A stretch of 64,000 nucleotides of DNA from Chiloscyllium plagiosum (taxonomy: Eukaryota). How positions within the stretch are numbered: position 1 is the stretch's first letter; each line of letters opens with the position of its first letter. Location: positions 52,180,238 through 52,244,237 of the forward strand of contig NC_057718.1 in assembly GCF_004010195.1 (NCBI RefSeq), read 5' to 3'. The notes below the pieces were generated by a model. It searched no databases and had not been told where the DNA came from. It worked only from the letters and a program-made list of their open reading frames with translations. A program made the position numbers and the translations under genes. Below are positions 63,590 to 64,000 of this stretch, piece by piece.

Positions 63590-63619
63590 GGATGACAGTC
63601 CAGGCTAAGGATCGATGAG

Positions 63620-63885
63620 ATCACTGACCGTGACAATGTGGTACAAGAAGCTATTCAAGTGCAGGGAATAAAATGGAATGTAATGGTAGTTAGGGGTAAT
63701 GTAATGATATGGTCAGAGGTTGTCACAATAAGGAGTGCGAGTTAAGATGTCGGTGTGTCTGTGTTGTGATCCCAGTGCCAGGATATCTGCTTAGGGCTGG
63801 AGAAGAATTTACAGTGACAGTGGAAGGATCTAGTTCATGAATGTCCATGTAGGAACCAGTGACAAGAAAGGAGAGAGAAGGAGGT
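63620..63885 (+). mobile_element. CR1 ORF1 (SGNH esterase-like) remnant
   Basis: cccagtgccagg (PxAR), gggctggagaagaatttacag (GLEKNLQ), gtccatgtaggaaccagtgac (VHVGTSD). Confidence 0.65.
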
Positions 63886-64000
63886 TCATGGTATGTGGGC
63901 ATTGCTGGCTGCCATTCCTAGTTACTTTTGAGAAGTTCGTGGTGATCTGCCTTCTTAAACCACTGCAATATGCAGACAGATCTTGGGATGCAAGTCCAAA
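63885..64000 (-). mobile_element. Family X LINE/SINE tail
   Basis: ttcatggtatgtgggcattgctggct..gagaagttcgtggtgatctgccttcttaaaccactgca, as at 44022. Confidence 0.65.

Overview
Repeat-rich, AT-rich eukaryotic DNA. The repeat families (HE1-type V-SINEs, HER1-type CR1 LINEs with (CTCTATGA)n tails, Deu-type SINEs) point to a cartilaginous fish, probably a shark (inference). No intact protein-coding gene is visible. Much of the window is fragmented mobile DNA: CR1/L2-group LINEs, SINEs, Penelope-like elements (PLEs), PIF/Harbinger remnants, a Gypsy pol remnant, a solo LTR, an Ingi/Vingi-like LINE and a 21-bp minisatellite. Two things stand out. (1) Several PLE families occur as short head-to-head palindromes with 11-23 bp target-site duplications (TSDs) and carry minimal hammerhead ribozyme motifs whose helices covary between families; one copy (63469-63504, minus) has an intact core. 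(2) The repeat-free islands between the transposons carry minus-strand splice sites and frame-broken peptides resembling several death domains followed by protein-kinase subdomains in colinear order, suggesting a decayed multi-exon multi-death-domain kinase pseudogene over ~56 kb. All homology calls are by eye; repeat boundaries are approximate unless a TSD is quoted.
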